Below, in pieces: positions 25,151-37,700 of a DNA stretch of 64,000 nucleotides; positions within the stretch are counted from its first letter, which is position 1; every line of letters starts with the position of its first letter. Where the stretch lies: the NCBI RefSeq assembly GCF_036365525.1, contig NC_090418.1, positions 7,294,304-7,358,303 on the forward strand. Reading direction: 5' to 3'. The stretch is from Heterodontus francisci (Eukaryota). The notes beneath the pieces were generated by a model. It had not been told where the DNA came from. It did not search any database and worked only from the letters and a program-made list of their open reading frames with translations. The translations under genes were made by a program, and so were the position numbers.

Positions 25151-26379
25151 CTGTATCAAGTGATACAAATCATAGAATAGCGTGGTTACAACACAGAAGA
25201 TCATTCGGCCCATCATATCTTTGCCAGATCTCTCATGGCCAATCTGGACTAGTTTTGATCGCACTGGGGCAATGGAGAGGAGTTTACTACAGCATTTATG
25301 ACTCATCCCTAATCACCCTTGTCAGCTTTTCCGTAGCAGCTGGGTAGAACCGAGTGGCTCGCTTGGCCATTTCAGAGGGCAGTTAAGAGCCAACCACATC
25401 GCTGTGGATCTGGAGTCACATGTAGGCCAGACCGAGTAAGGATGGCAGATTTCCCTCCGTAAAGGACATTCGTGAACCTGATTGGTTGTTATGACAATTC
25501 AGTAGTGTCGTGGTTATGATTGATGCGACCAGCATTTTATTCCAGATTTATTATTTAATTGAATCTAAGATGCAAACGCCTCTGCCTCATTCACTCACTG
25601 TCGTAAAGCATTCCACACTCCAACGTGTTTCCTTGCCCCCTAAACCTCTTGCCTCAGCCTCTTATCTAGAATCTACAGCACAGAAACAGGCCATTCGGCC
25701 CAACTGCTATGTGCTGGTGTTTATGCCCCACATGAGCCTCCTCCCACCCCTCTTCACATCATCTGATCATCATATCATCCATCCCTTTCTCCCTCACTGG
25801 TAACGCCCCAGTTGGATATTTCCTTTTCCAAACAACAGGGGCACTGAGGCCTATTCCTGGAATCCTGACTCTTGCTAACTCAGCAGGGATGGCAGTTCTC
25901 AGCCTGTTTGTGCAGGCCACACTCGCTGAGCCCATTGACCTTCAGGACATGGAGCGATAATCATTAATCGCAGGCAACTGAACGGGAGTCCTTCACCTTT
26001 TCGGCTCTGTTCCCGACAGTGACAATTCTGCTGGGGGAGCTGCAGGGTGGGGGGGGGTGTCCGTGGGAGGATAATAATGAGCATGTGCCAGAGCGGGGAA
26101 GCACTGTCAGCACCACTGGAGTCAGAGGTCAACTAGTTCAGGCGGTAAGCAGCCAAGGCCTTCCAGATCGTTGACCCCTCAGGGTAGTTCCTTGGCCACT
26201 GCTGATTTTAGCTGCTCTCGGCTTTGGTTGCAGTCCATGGTCTCAGGGCCCCTGACGTGGACAGGTTTCTGCTACATTGTCCAGTGACTGCCACAGATCA
26301 CAGGCTGAGGTGAGGACAGATTCAGACTCAGGTCAAATCTCCAGCTGACAGCCAATGTTTGGTCTTGTTAATGACGGGC

Positions 26380-27037
26380 TAATGGAAGAAAGAAGCGGAG
26401 GGACCGGTAACCTTTGAGTTGTGCGCATAATGCTCCTGATCACTCACGTCATCCTGACGGTATTAATCCGCGCATGTGTGCCCTGACATCAACGCACGCA
26501 TTGACGTCACAACGGGAAGAGCGAGCGAGTGAACGAGCATCTGCGGCGGACGCCAAGGGAGTGGCGAATGGGGAGGGCCGAGCGGAGAGTGCGGCAACGC
26601 CAGGGGAGCAAGCAAGCAAGGGGAGGTCCAAGTAGGGAGGGAGCGCTGAGCGGGGTGCCCAAAGGCGAGGGAGAGGGTGCCAAGCGGCAGGCAGGGGAGC
26701 GAGTGACAAATGGCTAGTGTTCATTCAATCGGCGAGCGGGGGTAGTGAGCACCAAGCAAAGGGGGAAACAAACAGTGACTGGCTAGGGCAGGGGGGTGGG
26801 GGTGGGGGTGGGGGCAGCAAGCAGGCTGGAGTCGGGGGGGCAGGGGGTTGGGGGGCGGGGGGTAGCAAGCAGGCTGGAGTCGGGGGGGGGGAGGCGAAGA
26901 GTAGTTGCTGTTGGGGGAAGGGCATTTTGTGACAAATTGAGCAGCGCCATCTTTATTACTGGCAGACGTTGCAGTCGATTGGGCATGCGCGAGTAGTGGA
27001 CCACCTAGTGGTGGCGTTGTCAGCAAGCGTCTTCTAT
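26380..27037 (-). repeat. CpG-rich dispersed repeat carrying CTCF-like and YY1-like motifs, with an inverted relative at 37290-37700
   Basis: GCAGCGCCATCTTTATTACTGGCAG and CCACCTAGTGGTGGC match the reverse complement of 37315-37440. Confidence 0.6.
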
Positions 27038-28018
27038 TGTAATAGCTGAGCATTTTGTTACACTGCCTCTCTGCTGCCCTCTCTGTTGGGGAGGTGTAAA
27101 TAAAGTTTGTTCAGGAATGGCTGCTCGCTGGGAATCCGTACGTCACTCTTAGTGAAATAGACAACAGAAAGATGACGACGAGATGGGTTTGAATTTTTTT
27201 TTTTACATTTCATTCAAGAAATTACGGCCTGAAGAACATTGTGGCACACTTTTTGGAACTCCCAAATTTGATTTTGAGGACGTTTGGGGCAATTTGAAAG
27301 ATTGCCCCCTATGTGTGCACATTGTGTTCGGGTGCAACTCATTGAGTCAGCACAGTGTGTAATTGATAAAAATGGCACTGAAGACATGTTTTGGGACAAT
27401 AGGGGAATTCAGCCCAAACAAAGATGACTGGTGCAATTACGAAAGGAAATTTGCCTGAAAGCTAATGAAATAGGACATGAGGATAAAGTACATGTATTCC
27501 TTACCATGATGGATCCAGATGCTTTTGAGGTTGTATCTAATCAATGTTGCCCCAAGCCCCATGTACTATGGACTGTTCTGAAATTATTGAGATTCCAGTC
27601 TCATATTATGGCACAACTAAGAATGAAATTGCACTGAGAGTTGCATTCATGAATGGAAGCAGTTGTCAAGTGAGACTATTGTCGATTATATTCTTGAATT
27701 TAAAAAACTCTCTTCTCACTGGGTACGGCACTAACTTAGAAGTCAACCTCAGAGACATGTTCATTGGAGGTCTAAAGAACAGTAAAGTCCAGGCCAAGCT
27801 TTTGAGTTAAAGTCAATAACCCGATGTGGAAGGCGGTCCGCGATGAGGCCGCAGCCATGGAAATGGCAGGAAGAGAAAGTTGCAAATTGCAAGGAAGGCC
27901 TATCCTGAGCCGGCAGGGGACGCCCACTGGATTTCAGCGTCAACCAGGCCACGGCAGCCAAGTTCTCAGAGCCAGAAATTTAGATGCCATCGTTGCCTTG
28001 GTAGCCACCAACGATCTA
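27038..28018 (+). mobile_element. Gypsy-type LTR retrotransposon remnant (LTR piece, PBS-like site, decayed gag)
   Basis: TGT...AATAAA...ACA, then TGACGACGAG (degenerate TGGCGACGAG PBS). Gag-like pieces KANEIGHEDKVHVFLTMM and NLRDMFIGGLKNSKVQAKLLS. Confidence 0.65.
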
Positions 28019-28719
28019 AGTGCCACTACTGAGGGAGTGCTGCATGGTCAGAGGTGCCGTCTTCAGATGGGATGTTAAACCGAGGCCCCATTTGCCCTCT
28101 CAGGTGGATGTAAAAGATCCCATGGCCACTGTTTCAAAGAAGAGCAGGGGAGTTCTCCCCAGTGTCCTGGACTAATATTTATCCCTCAACATCACATTGA
28201 TGCTTGTGGGAGCTTGCTGTGCACAAATTGGCTGCCATGTTTCCTGCACTTCAACAATGGCGACACTCAAAAGTGCTTCATTGGCTGTAACTGCTTTGGG
28301 ATGTCCAATGGTGGTGACAGGTGCTATATAAATGCAAGTCTTATATGCACTCTCATTCCAATAGCTGCAAGTTGATGAACAGCCGTTGTGTGACGCGTCC
28401 AGAATCGCCATCTGCAGGTCAGAGATTCTCCAAATCAAATTCCTGACAGCCACAGACCGAAGGAGGTTTGTGTGACTGTTCTGGAGGGGACCATCTCTCA
28501 AATAGAGATGAACACTGAACCAGAGAGCAGGGACACAGTCCGTCCGAACCAAGCTCAGGGCCAACCGGCTGTGTGGAGAGAATCAGCTAAACCTGCAGAG
28601 GGTCAGTAATCTACCCACTGTTTCCCTATCTGGGAGCCCCCTGCACAGTCGGACATTTCCTTCTCTGGAGCCGAGTGGGGGCTACTCGCTGCCCTAGTCC
28701 CCATATCCTCCAATATAAT

Positions 28720-29440
28720 CCCACTCTCCCCCTCAGTCCCCATACCCTTTAATATCCCACCCAATCTAAACTCCCCCTCACTCCCCACGCCCTTTGATAT
28801 CCCACCCGGTCTAATCCCACTCTCCCTCTCACTCCCCACGCCCTTTAATGTCTAATCTCACTCTCCCTCTCACTCCCTGTACCCTGCGATATCTCGCCCA
28901 GTCTAATACCACTCTCCAACTCACTCCCCACGCCCTTTAATGTCTAATCTCACTCTCCCTCTCACTCCCTGTACCCTGCGATATCTCGCCCAGTCTAATA
29001 CCACTCTCCAACTCACTCCCCACACCCTTTAATGTCTAATCCCACTCTCCCTCTCACTCCCCACGCCCTTTAATGTCTAATCTCACTCTCCCTCTCACTC
29101 CCTGTACCCTGCGATATTTCGCCCAGTCTAATACCACTCTCCAACTCACTCCCCACACCCTTTAATGTCTAATACCACTCTCCCTCTCACTCCCTGCACG
29201 CTTTGATATCCCACTCAGTCTATTCCCACATTCAGCCTCACCCCCCCACACTCTTTAATATCCCACCCAGTCCACTCCCATTCTCCCTCTCACTCCTCGC
29301 ACCCTTCAATATCCCAACCAGTCTAATCCCACTCTCCCTCTCACACCCCACGCCCTTTAATATCCCACACAGTCTAATCCCACTCTCCCTCTCACCCCCG
29401 CCCGCCCCCCCCCCCCGCACCCTTTAATATCCCACCCAGT
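28720..29440 (+). repeat. Minisatellite (TCTAATCCCACTCTCCCTCTCACTCCCCACGCCCTTTAATATCCCAC-like, about 39-49 bp units)
   Basis: About 15 imperfect units read directly. Confidence 0.9.
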
Positions 29441-29696
29441 CTGAGTTGTGGGAAAATAAGCAAACGTCTCGCACTAATGGTCCCCATCGCTTTAAGAATC
29501 GGAACAGCAGGGATCATCAGTGTGAGTTTCTCCAGGGCACATTGAGGCACACCGCAACGTCCCAGTTTTGGCGGTAAGTTGGTTGTCGGAGGTTGCGTTC
29601 GCTGTTGTTGGGACCACAAGAGCCGGGCCTTAGAAATTGTACCAACAAAAGTAATTTAATGATTCCCTTTCCTGTGTTAAATTCTGTCTCACACAA

Positions 29697-31710
29697 TTAT
29701 GGCTGGGAGCTGGGACAACTGTGTACTGGAAATCCAAACAACACAATCAGAGGGACAGATGACTACGGCAGTGGAGCGTACAGTGCTCCCAGGTAATTGT
29801 CACGTTGTCGTTCTCGATGCAGTTTTTGCCTTCCTTCAACAAGAATCATTTGCATTTATATAGCACCTTTAATAAAGCAAAATGTCTCAAGGTGCTTCAC
29901 AAGAGCGATTATCAAACTACAATTTGGCACCGAGTCGCAAATTCGGATGGATGAGGTTAGAGCGGTAGGTTTTAAGGAGCATCTTAGAGGAAAGAGAGGT
30001 TTCGGGAGGGAATTGCAGAGTTTGGGGCCCAGGCAGCTGAAGGCATGGCCGCCAATGGGGGAGTGATGAAATCCGAGATACGTAAGAGGCCAGAATTGGA
30101 GGAGCGCAGAGATTACCGAGATGGGGAGGGTGTGAGGCCACGGAGGGAATAGAAACCCGGGCTCCCAACTGCCAAAACTGAGGCACATTAATTTTGTCAT
30201 GAATATTGATTTTAAAATGTTGCTGGAGCAAGGAAATGACTTGTTAAACAGATCAGCCATGGCTGGAAAAGACATTTGCATATTAACAGACAGTGCTTGG
30301 AAGGACAAAGGACCATTCCCTGACACATTCAACCCACTTTGGATGTTGATCATCAGATATTGTGTGCAAGAGGAGCATTCCAGGAACTGCTAAGGTGATA
30401 CAATCCAGGACTGGTTATACCAGTTAGTCACATGACTAACTGGCTGTTCCAGGTCTTTTGAGCTAGCCACAGAGAGTTTGAACTCAAAAAGATTGTTTGC
30501 TCCTGGACTGAGAAGATCTCTCCTGTCTGCTCCCGTCTCTTTCTCACAAGCCTCCAAATCCATTGAAGAACACATGAACCCCAAGAGAGAAATGTCTCCT
30601 ACAGCAAACAAGGTTTAAGAAGAATACTAGGCCCCAAAGCAAGAACTACCTACAATTAAGGACTCAACAGTGAGCTCGAAGAACCGTGACAAAACCTCTT
30701 CAGATGTTGCCTCAAACTTTTCCACTTTATTTTTTTCTTCTGCTCTTTTCTGTCTCTATTTGCATGTGTGTATCAAGTATGTATGCTAGCGTGGGCATGT
30801 CATGGATCCGTAGGCATCAACCGAATTAAAGCTTAAGTTTAAGTTTAATAAATTTCAACTTTTCTTCTTGAAACCTAAGATAACCTGTTTGAGCTCATTT
30901 CTTTGCCTGATAATTAGAAAGCTGTGAACAAGGATTCACCGAGGGGGAGCTAAAAACACGGTGTGTTTAAAATTATACCCTGTTACGGTTAGACCAAGTA
31001 AAGGCTGAGGGGGACTCCTAGACACCTTTCTCACCTGGTCGTAACAAAAAGAAATTTAAAGTTGAGGCATTGTTTAACTGGGAGACAATTTTGGCCCGCG
31101 AGCACAGAGGAGGTTGGAGTATCCGAGGAGAGAACCCACCAACCCCCTCCCCCCATCCCATCCCCACTATTTGCCCTGACCACATTGTGTGCCTCTTCCA
31201 TGAGATATTGGTGGCATCCCCAGAGCCTGCAGTATAACCTACATGGTCAAACACACTGAAGGAGAACATTTTCATCAATTCTACAACAGGGGACAACGGG
31301 CCATCTATTTTTATAATCAATAATGTACGCTTGTACAGCGCACTTCCTGTAAGTGTCACCCTCATTTCCTGTCACACTTTAGTCGTCACAAGTAAGACGT
31401 CACACTTGAACGGTGAGCAATGCCACGGGAGATTCACTGGTACCTTTCCAATGTAGGATCACAGGCCTGAGGGGGCTGTGTAAATGGGCGAGTCCATCAG
31501 ACATGGGGAGAGTGGATTGGAGAGATGATCGTATTCGGCGCTAACTGTGTTCTGTTGTCCCCAGGAATGGTCGCGCACACCCAGGAGTCGACGTGGTTTG
31601 CAGCAACGGATCGACAGTTTACACCCCCTTCGGCAGCATACTGGTGAGGCGGGTGAACCCTTCTAGGAAAAACAATGCGATTAATAATGGAGTGTTGTTG
31701 GCGGGACCAG
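29697..31710 (+). pseudogene. LECT2: LECT2 pseudogene (exon 2 at 29697-29792, exon 3 at 31565-31710)
   Basis: Exon 2 acceptor mutated (cacacAG to cacacAA) and exon 2 is 96 rather than 97 nt (frameshift). Exon 3 is open (HPGVDVVCSNGSTVYTPF...NAINNGV). No exon 1 or exon 4 found. Confidence 0.9.
30150..31046 (+). mobile_element. Solo-LTR-like element (5' truncated), present only in the pseudogene intron
   Basis: Homologous to 56080-56956, contains AATAAA, ends GGTCGTAACA. Absent at the equivalent site near 19600. Confidence 0.75.
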
Positions 31711-33953
31711 GTGAGAGAGGGTTCGATTCCCAGCAGCTTCTTGTTAACCCACATCTCCCCGCAAAGCTTCAGCCACTTCAGCAATGCAGGAATAGTCAGA
31801 GATTTAAAATTTACAGCTTCCGAGGGGGTATAGGGAGCAGTAGTACAGGTACGATGGACAGAATGGCCTCCTTCCTGGCTACCTCATGCTGTGATTTAAA
31901 CAGGAATCATTGCCCTGTATTGAGCTACTGGGCTTGTTCACTTGTGGGTGATGATCTCCGACTATGGATGTCGAGCTGAAATCGATGAAAATATATCTGT
32001 AAAGTGATATTTTACAATGCAACTAGGAGCTGATGCAAGTCATAGAGAGATACAGCACTGAAACAGGTGGCGTGTGCGGAGGCTGCCAGCTTGATGGAGG
32101 CAGCCTCTTTGTGGCAGGCTGGGATGGGGAGTGGGGAGGGGACAATCGGAGCATCAAAGGACCCCCTCAGAGCCCCAACGATCCACGCGGAGGATGACTT
32201 CCTGAAGCCCTGGGAAAACCCAGCCCTTGATCTGCAGCACTGTCCCACACCCAGCATGGCCCATGGCACCGACACCTTGGCAACACCCAAACAGGATAGA
32301 AGGAAACGCTTGTCATCAGAGAGGCCCCATGCTCACCACCAGCTTCCGAATCTCTTCATCACATCCTTGTCTCTCCACATTATGGAGAACAATTGCTCCG
32401 TTCAATGTCTTCATTTTCTCTAAGACTGCAAACGCACTGTTAAACTCACTCTGCTCACCCCGCGCGGGATCCAAGACCCATCTCTCATTCTAAGCCATTC
32501 TTTCCTGGGGCCAGTGTGAGACTCTTCACCTCCCTCAGTATCTCCTCCCTCCTGCAGTCCTCAGGCTTTCAAAACACAAGTTTGCGTGTCAACCAATTCC
32601 CGCTTCCTGCTCGATCCCCTCCTTCTCCTTCTCTCCACGTCCTGATTGACAGGTCGTTTCGAGCTCATTGCCCCCCGGGTCTCCAACAAGGATCAGACGC
32701 TCGGTTAATAATAAACATCACCGTGAGAGCAGCTCATGACTCCGACCCCCCCAGTCACTGCGCCAGTCAAAGCTCATGTGCTCATTTGCCCTTCTCCCCC
32801 CTCCTCATCCCCTTGTTACCCCTTCGAGTGCTCACCTGCCGGACCCTGACTCAAGGCAGGTCGCGACCCCGTGGCCTGAGATCCTCAGCTCGTGTGCCAG
32901 TTTGCCTGGGGATGGATGTCAGAGGAGGGTCATCACAGGAGAAAGTGAGGGGGAAGGAAACCCAAGTGTGGGGTGAAAGGTCAATCACACATGAGACCTC
33001 GGGATGGAGCATTAATTTGCAGGGTTGGGATGCAGCATTGGGATGGAAGGTTCGGATGTCGGATTAGGATGTAGTGTTGGGATTTTGCATTAGGATGGAG
33101 TGTTGGGATGGGCCATTGGGATCTCGGGTTGGGATGGAATGTCGACATGGAGGGTTGGGATGTAGAGTTCAGATGGAGCATTGGGATGGAATGTTGGGAT
33201 GGTGCTTTGAGATGGAAGGTTTGGATGGAGAGTTGGGGTGTAGGATTCGGATCTGGTGCTGGGATGCATCATTGGGATGGAGCACTGGGATGGAGAGTTG
33301 GGATGAACTGTTGGGATGATGGATTGGGATGGAGTGTTGGGATGATGGGTTGGGATGGAGTGTTGGGATGATGGGTTGGAATTTGGGGCTGAAGGAGGTC
33401 TCGGAGGTGCACTAGGTTGAAGGGAATGGAATACCGAGGAGATGGGAATTCGGATATGAAGTTCTCGCACTGGGAACAGTTTCCCAATGGATTCAGCAAA
33501 GAACTCGATGGTGAGATTGTGCGGGATAGGAGAGTCCTGGATGAGCATTAACGGTGAAATACAAGAACAAGTCTTAGTTGTCATCTGGTACTGAAGGGTC
33601 TTAGCGATTACACAATCTACCCTGGAGACAGAGAGGGAAGTGAGTGAGTGTGAAAGTTGAATCTTGCAGTGTGGCGACAGGGCTGAGAGAGACTGAGTCA
33701 GAATAAAACTTCCCCAAAATCCGATGACCTCCACACGCCTGGTAAAACTAATTCCTGTCTTGTCGAGATGGGATTACAAAAGACACTTGTCCAGCTTGCT
33801 TTCTGATGGGCTATGAGTTGAGATCTCCCTGCACAGGGCTCGGCTGCAGTCTGCTCTCATGAAGGTGATACGTTAATGGCTATCTAACGTGAGATATCCA
33901 AAGTTGCGAAGCTTCTTCAAGTCGAAGGTTATTCAACAGCGAGTGGTACAGAT

Positions 33954-34011
33954 ATGGACTTGAAGCTCCCCAGTGTCCTCCTGATCAGCATCTGGCTGTT
34001 TTTAATTCAAG
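33954..34011 (+). CDS. Duplicated leader exon MDLKLPSVLLISIWLFLIQ(G), with no V exon of its own
   Basis: Intact ATG and G|GTACGT donor, phase 1, one amino-acid difference from 12196-12253. Whether it is used is unknown. Confidence 0.5.
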
Positions 34012-34075
34012 GTACGTGAGTAGAACATCAACAGAGCAGATCCTCTGCTGTATTCTACACCTGACTATCTGACTG

Positions 34076-34219
34076 NNNNNNNNNNNNNNNNNNNNNNNNN
34101 NNNNNNNNNNNNNNNNNNNNNNNNNNNNNNNNNNNNNNNNNNNNNNNNNNNNNNNNNNNNNNNNNNNNNNNNNNNNNNNNNNNNNNNNNNNNNNNNNNNN
34201 NNNNNNNNNNNNNNNNNNN
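34076..34219. other. Assembly gap (N run)
   Basis: N bases. Confidence 1.
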
Positions 34220-34922
34220 TGCAAAGCACTTTAGGAAACCCTGAAGTTGTGAAAGGTATTATATAAAGACAAGTCTTTGTTTTTCTGTTGCTCTATATAT
34301 TTTACACTATATCTATCTCTCTATCAGATATCCATCTATCCAGATTTCTTGAATGTTCCATCTCTGTATCTATCACTGTATCTATCTCTCTCTCTTTTAT
34401 ATATATATATATTGATATATGTCTGGTGATCTCTCTCTCTCTCTATTTGTATATATATCTATCTCGCTGTCCATCTCTTTTTCTCTCTCTCACTATTTCC
34501 CACACATCTGTTTCTCCTTTCTGTGTCCCTATTTTATGCTCTGTTTGCGATCTCTTCACACAATTCTCCATAATTCGAAGACTTCATGCAAGTGAAGATT
34601 GTGGAACAAGTAACTTATTTTCGAAGCATTTAAAAATGAGATGTATAAAGCGGAATGTCTCCTCGGTGTCTAAGGGAAGAGGGTTCTCGGGAAACTCCCT
34701 GCCTCTCCTGTGCTACATTAACATATAACAAGGACTGCCTGGGAAAATTCTCCTCCAGCCTCCAGGTTTCATGGCACTGATGACATCCTTAGTCATGCAA
34801 TCAGGTTCAAAAATACGTCCTGGGCTTCAATGAGTAAGCAGCGATAAAGGAAACGCAAAAGTATTTAGCTGTTTTTCTAACAGGTGATATATCTGTCCTG
34901 GGAGTGTTTGATGGGGACAGTG

Positions 34923-37198
34923 GCCTCCTTGTCTCGGGAGACAATGGGTAAGCGTCTGGAGGTGGTCAGTGGTTTGTGGAGCAGCGCCTGGAGTGGCTAT
35001 AAAGGCCAATTCTAGACTGACAGACTCTTCCACAGGTGCTGCAGAAAAAATTAGTTGTCGGGGCTGTTACACAGTTGGCTCTCTCCTTGCGCTTCTGTCT
35101 TTTTTCCTGCCAACTGCTAAGTCTCTTCGACTCGCCACACTTTAGCCCCGCCTTTATGGCTGCCCGCCAGCTCTGGCGATCGCTGGCAACTGACTCCCAC
35201 GACTTGTGATCAATGTCACAGGACTTCATGTCGCATTTGCAGACGTCTTTAAAGTGGAGACATGGACGGCCGGTGGGTCTGATACCAGTGGCGAGCTCGC
35301 TGTACAATGTGTCCTTGGGGATCCTGCCATCTTCCATACGGCTCACATGGCCAAGCCATCTCAAGCGCCGCTGACTCAGTAGGGTGTATAAGCTGGGGAT
35401 GTAGGCCGCCTCGAGGATTTCTGTGTTGGAGATATGGTCCTGCCACCTGATGCGAAGGATTCTCCGGAGGCAGCGAAGATGGAATGAATTGAGATGTCGC
35501 TCTTGGCTGACATACGTTGACCAGGCCTCGCTGCCGTATAGCAAGGTACTGAGGACACAGGACTCGGACACTCGGACTTTTGTGTTCCGTGTCAGTGCGC
35601 CATTTTCCCACACTCTCTTGGCCAGTCTGGACGTAGCAGTGGAAGCCTTTCCCATGCGCTTGTTGATTTCTGCATCGAGAGACAGGTTACTGGTGATAGT
35701 TGAGCCTAGGTAGGTGAACTCTTGAACCACTTCCAGAGCGTAGTTGCCGATATTGATGGATGGAGCATTTCTGACATCCTGTCCCATGATGTTCGTTTTC
35801 TTGAGGCTGATGGTTAGGCCAAATTCGTTGCTGGCAGCCACAATCCTGTCGATGAGTCTCTGCAGACACTCTTCAGTGTGAGATGTTAATGCAGCATCGT
35901 CAGCAAAGAGGAGTTCCCTGATGAGGACTTTCCGTACTTTGGTCTTCTCTCTTAGACGGGCAAGGTTGAACAACCTGCCACCTGATCTTGTGTGGAGGAA
36001 AATTCCTTCTTCTGAAGACTTGAACGTGTGTGAGAGCAGCAGGGAGAAGGAAATCCCAAACAGTGTGGGTGCGAGAACACAGCCCTGTTTCACGCCACTC
36101 AGGATCGGAAAGGGGTCTGATGAGGCGCCGCTGTGCTGAATTGTGCCTTTCATATTGTCATGGAATGAGGTGATGATACTTAGTAGCTTTGGTGGATATC
36201 CGATCTTTGCTAGTAGTCTGAAGAGACCACGTCTGCTGATGAGGTCAAAGGCTTTGGTAAGATCAATGGAAGCAATGTAGAGGGGCATCTGTTGTTCACG
36301 GCATTTCTCCTGTAGCTGACGAAGGGAGAACAGCCTGTCAATGGTCGATCTCTCTGCTCGAAAGCCACACTGTGCCTCAGGGTAGACGCACTCGGCCAGA
36401 TTCTGGAGCCTGTTTAAAGCGACTTGAGCGAAGACTTTCCCCACTATGCTGAGCAGGGAGATTCCACGGTAGTTGTTGCAGTCACCGCGGTCACCTTTGT
36501 TTTTAAAGAGGGTGATGATATTGGCATCGCGCATGTCCTGTGGTACTGCTCCCTCGTCCCAGCACAGGCAAAGCAGTTCGTAGAGTGCTGAGAGTATGGC
36601 AGGCTTAGCACTCTTGATTATTTCAGGGGTAATGCCGTCCTTCCCAGGGGCTTTTCCACTGGCTAGAGAATCAATGGCATTACTGAGTTCCGATTTTGTT
36701 GGCTGTTCGTCCAGCTCATCCATGACTGGCAGAGACTGGGCTGCATTAAGGGCGGTCTCAGTGACAACATTCTCCCTGGAGTACAGTTCTAGGTAGTGTT
36801 CCACCCAGCGGTCCATTTGCTTGCGTTGGTCAGTGATTGTGTCCCCTGATTTAGATTTGAGGGGGGGGGCGATCATCTTGATGGTTGGCCCAAGAGCTCT
36901 CTTAATGCCATCATACATTCCTCTGATGTTTCCGGTGTCTGAGGCCAGCCTGAATATGACTGCATAGGTGTTGCCAGTGGTCATTTGCGCAGCGCCTGGC
37001 TGTTCTTTGTGCAGCGCTTCTGGCTGCTTTAAGTGCTACGGATGTTAACTCGCTGGGGGGCTTTCTTGTAGTTCAGCAGTGCAATGCGCTTAGCGGCTAT
37101 GACAGGTTCCAGCTCTTCAAAATGAGATTGAAATCAGTCTGCTTTCCGCTTCACACGTTTGCCGTAGGTGGTCATGGCTGACTGATAGATGGCGTCTC
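34923..37198 (-). mobile_element. Young 5'-truncated RTE-clade LINE with a 672-aa open RT ORF (34966-36984)
   Basis: KAPGKDGI, NYRGISLLS, QCGFR, DLTKAFD, GVKQGCVLAP, LLFADD and C-terminal CxxC...HxxxC. 14-bp TSD TGATGGGGACAGTG at 34909-34922 and 37199-37212. Confidence 0.97.
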
Positions 37199-37289
37199 TG
37201 ATGGGGACAGTGTAGAGGGAGCTTTACTCTGTGTATAACCCATGCTGTAGCTGTATTGTAATGTATATATATAATCTATGCTGCTATAT

Positions 37290-37700
37290 TGTAATGAATG
37301 CCTTTGCCCACTATGCCACCACTAGGTGGCGGTATTCTCACACGGGTACAAATGACTGAAATGTCTACGGTGACTGAGGCAGCTGCCAGTAATAAAGATG
37401 GCGCTGCTTATTTTGGCACAAAAGGCCCTTTTCCCCCTATAGCCAGTTCTCTTGGCTCCCCCGGCATTCGCCGTGGGGCCCCCTGCTCGCTGCGCCCTCG
37501 GTGCTCGCCGCTGGCCCCACCGCCACCTCTGCCCGCTCGCTCTCCCCGTTGTGGCATCAGTACGCGGTGACGCCGATGCGCATGTGCGGATTAACACAGG
37601 CAGGAGCACACGAGCAATCAGCAGCATTGTGCAAGCTGCTTCAAAGGCCAACACAAGCCACCAGTAGCTCGTGATCAACGTGTTGGCGGCCCCTAGTTAA
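37290..37700 (+). repeat. CpG-rich dispersed repeat with CTCF-like (37319-37332) and YY1-like (37395-37403) motifs
   Basis: CCACTAGGTGGCGG and AAGATGGCG. Inverted relative of 26380-27037. Confidence 0.6.

Larger units (their letters stand above)
32068..34922 (-). repeat. Inverted duplication, right arm segment A'
   Basis: Reverse complement of about 11320-14286. Confidence 0.95.
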
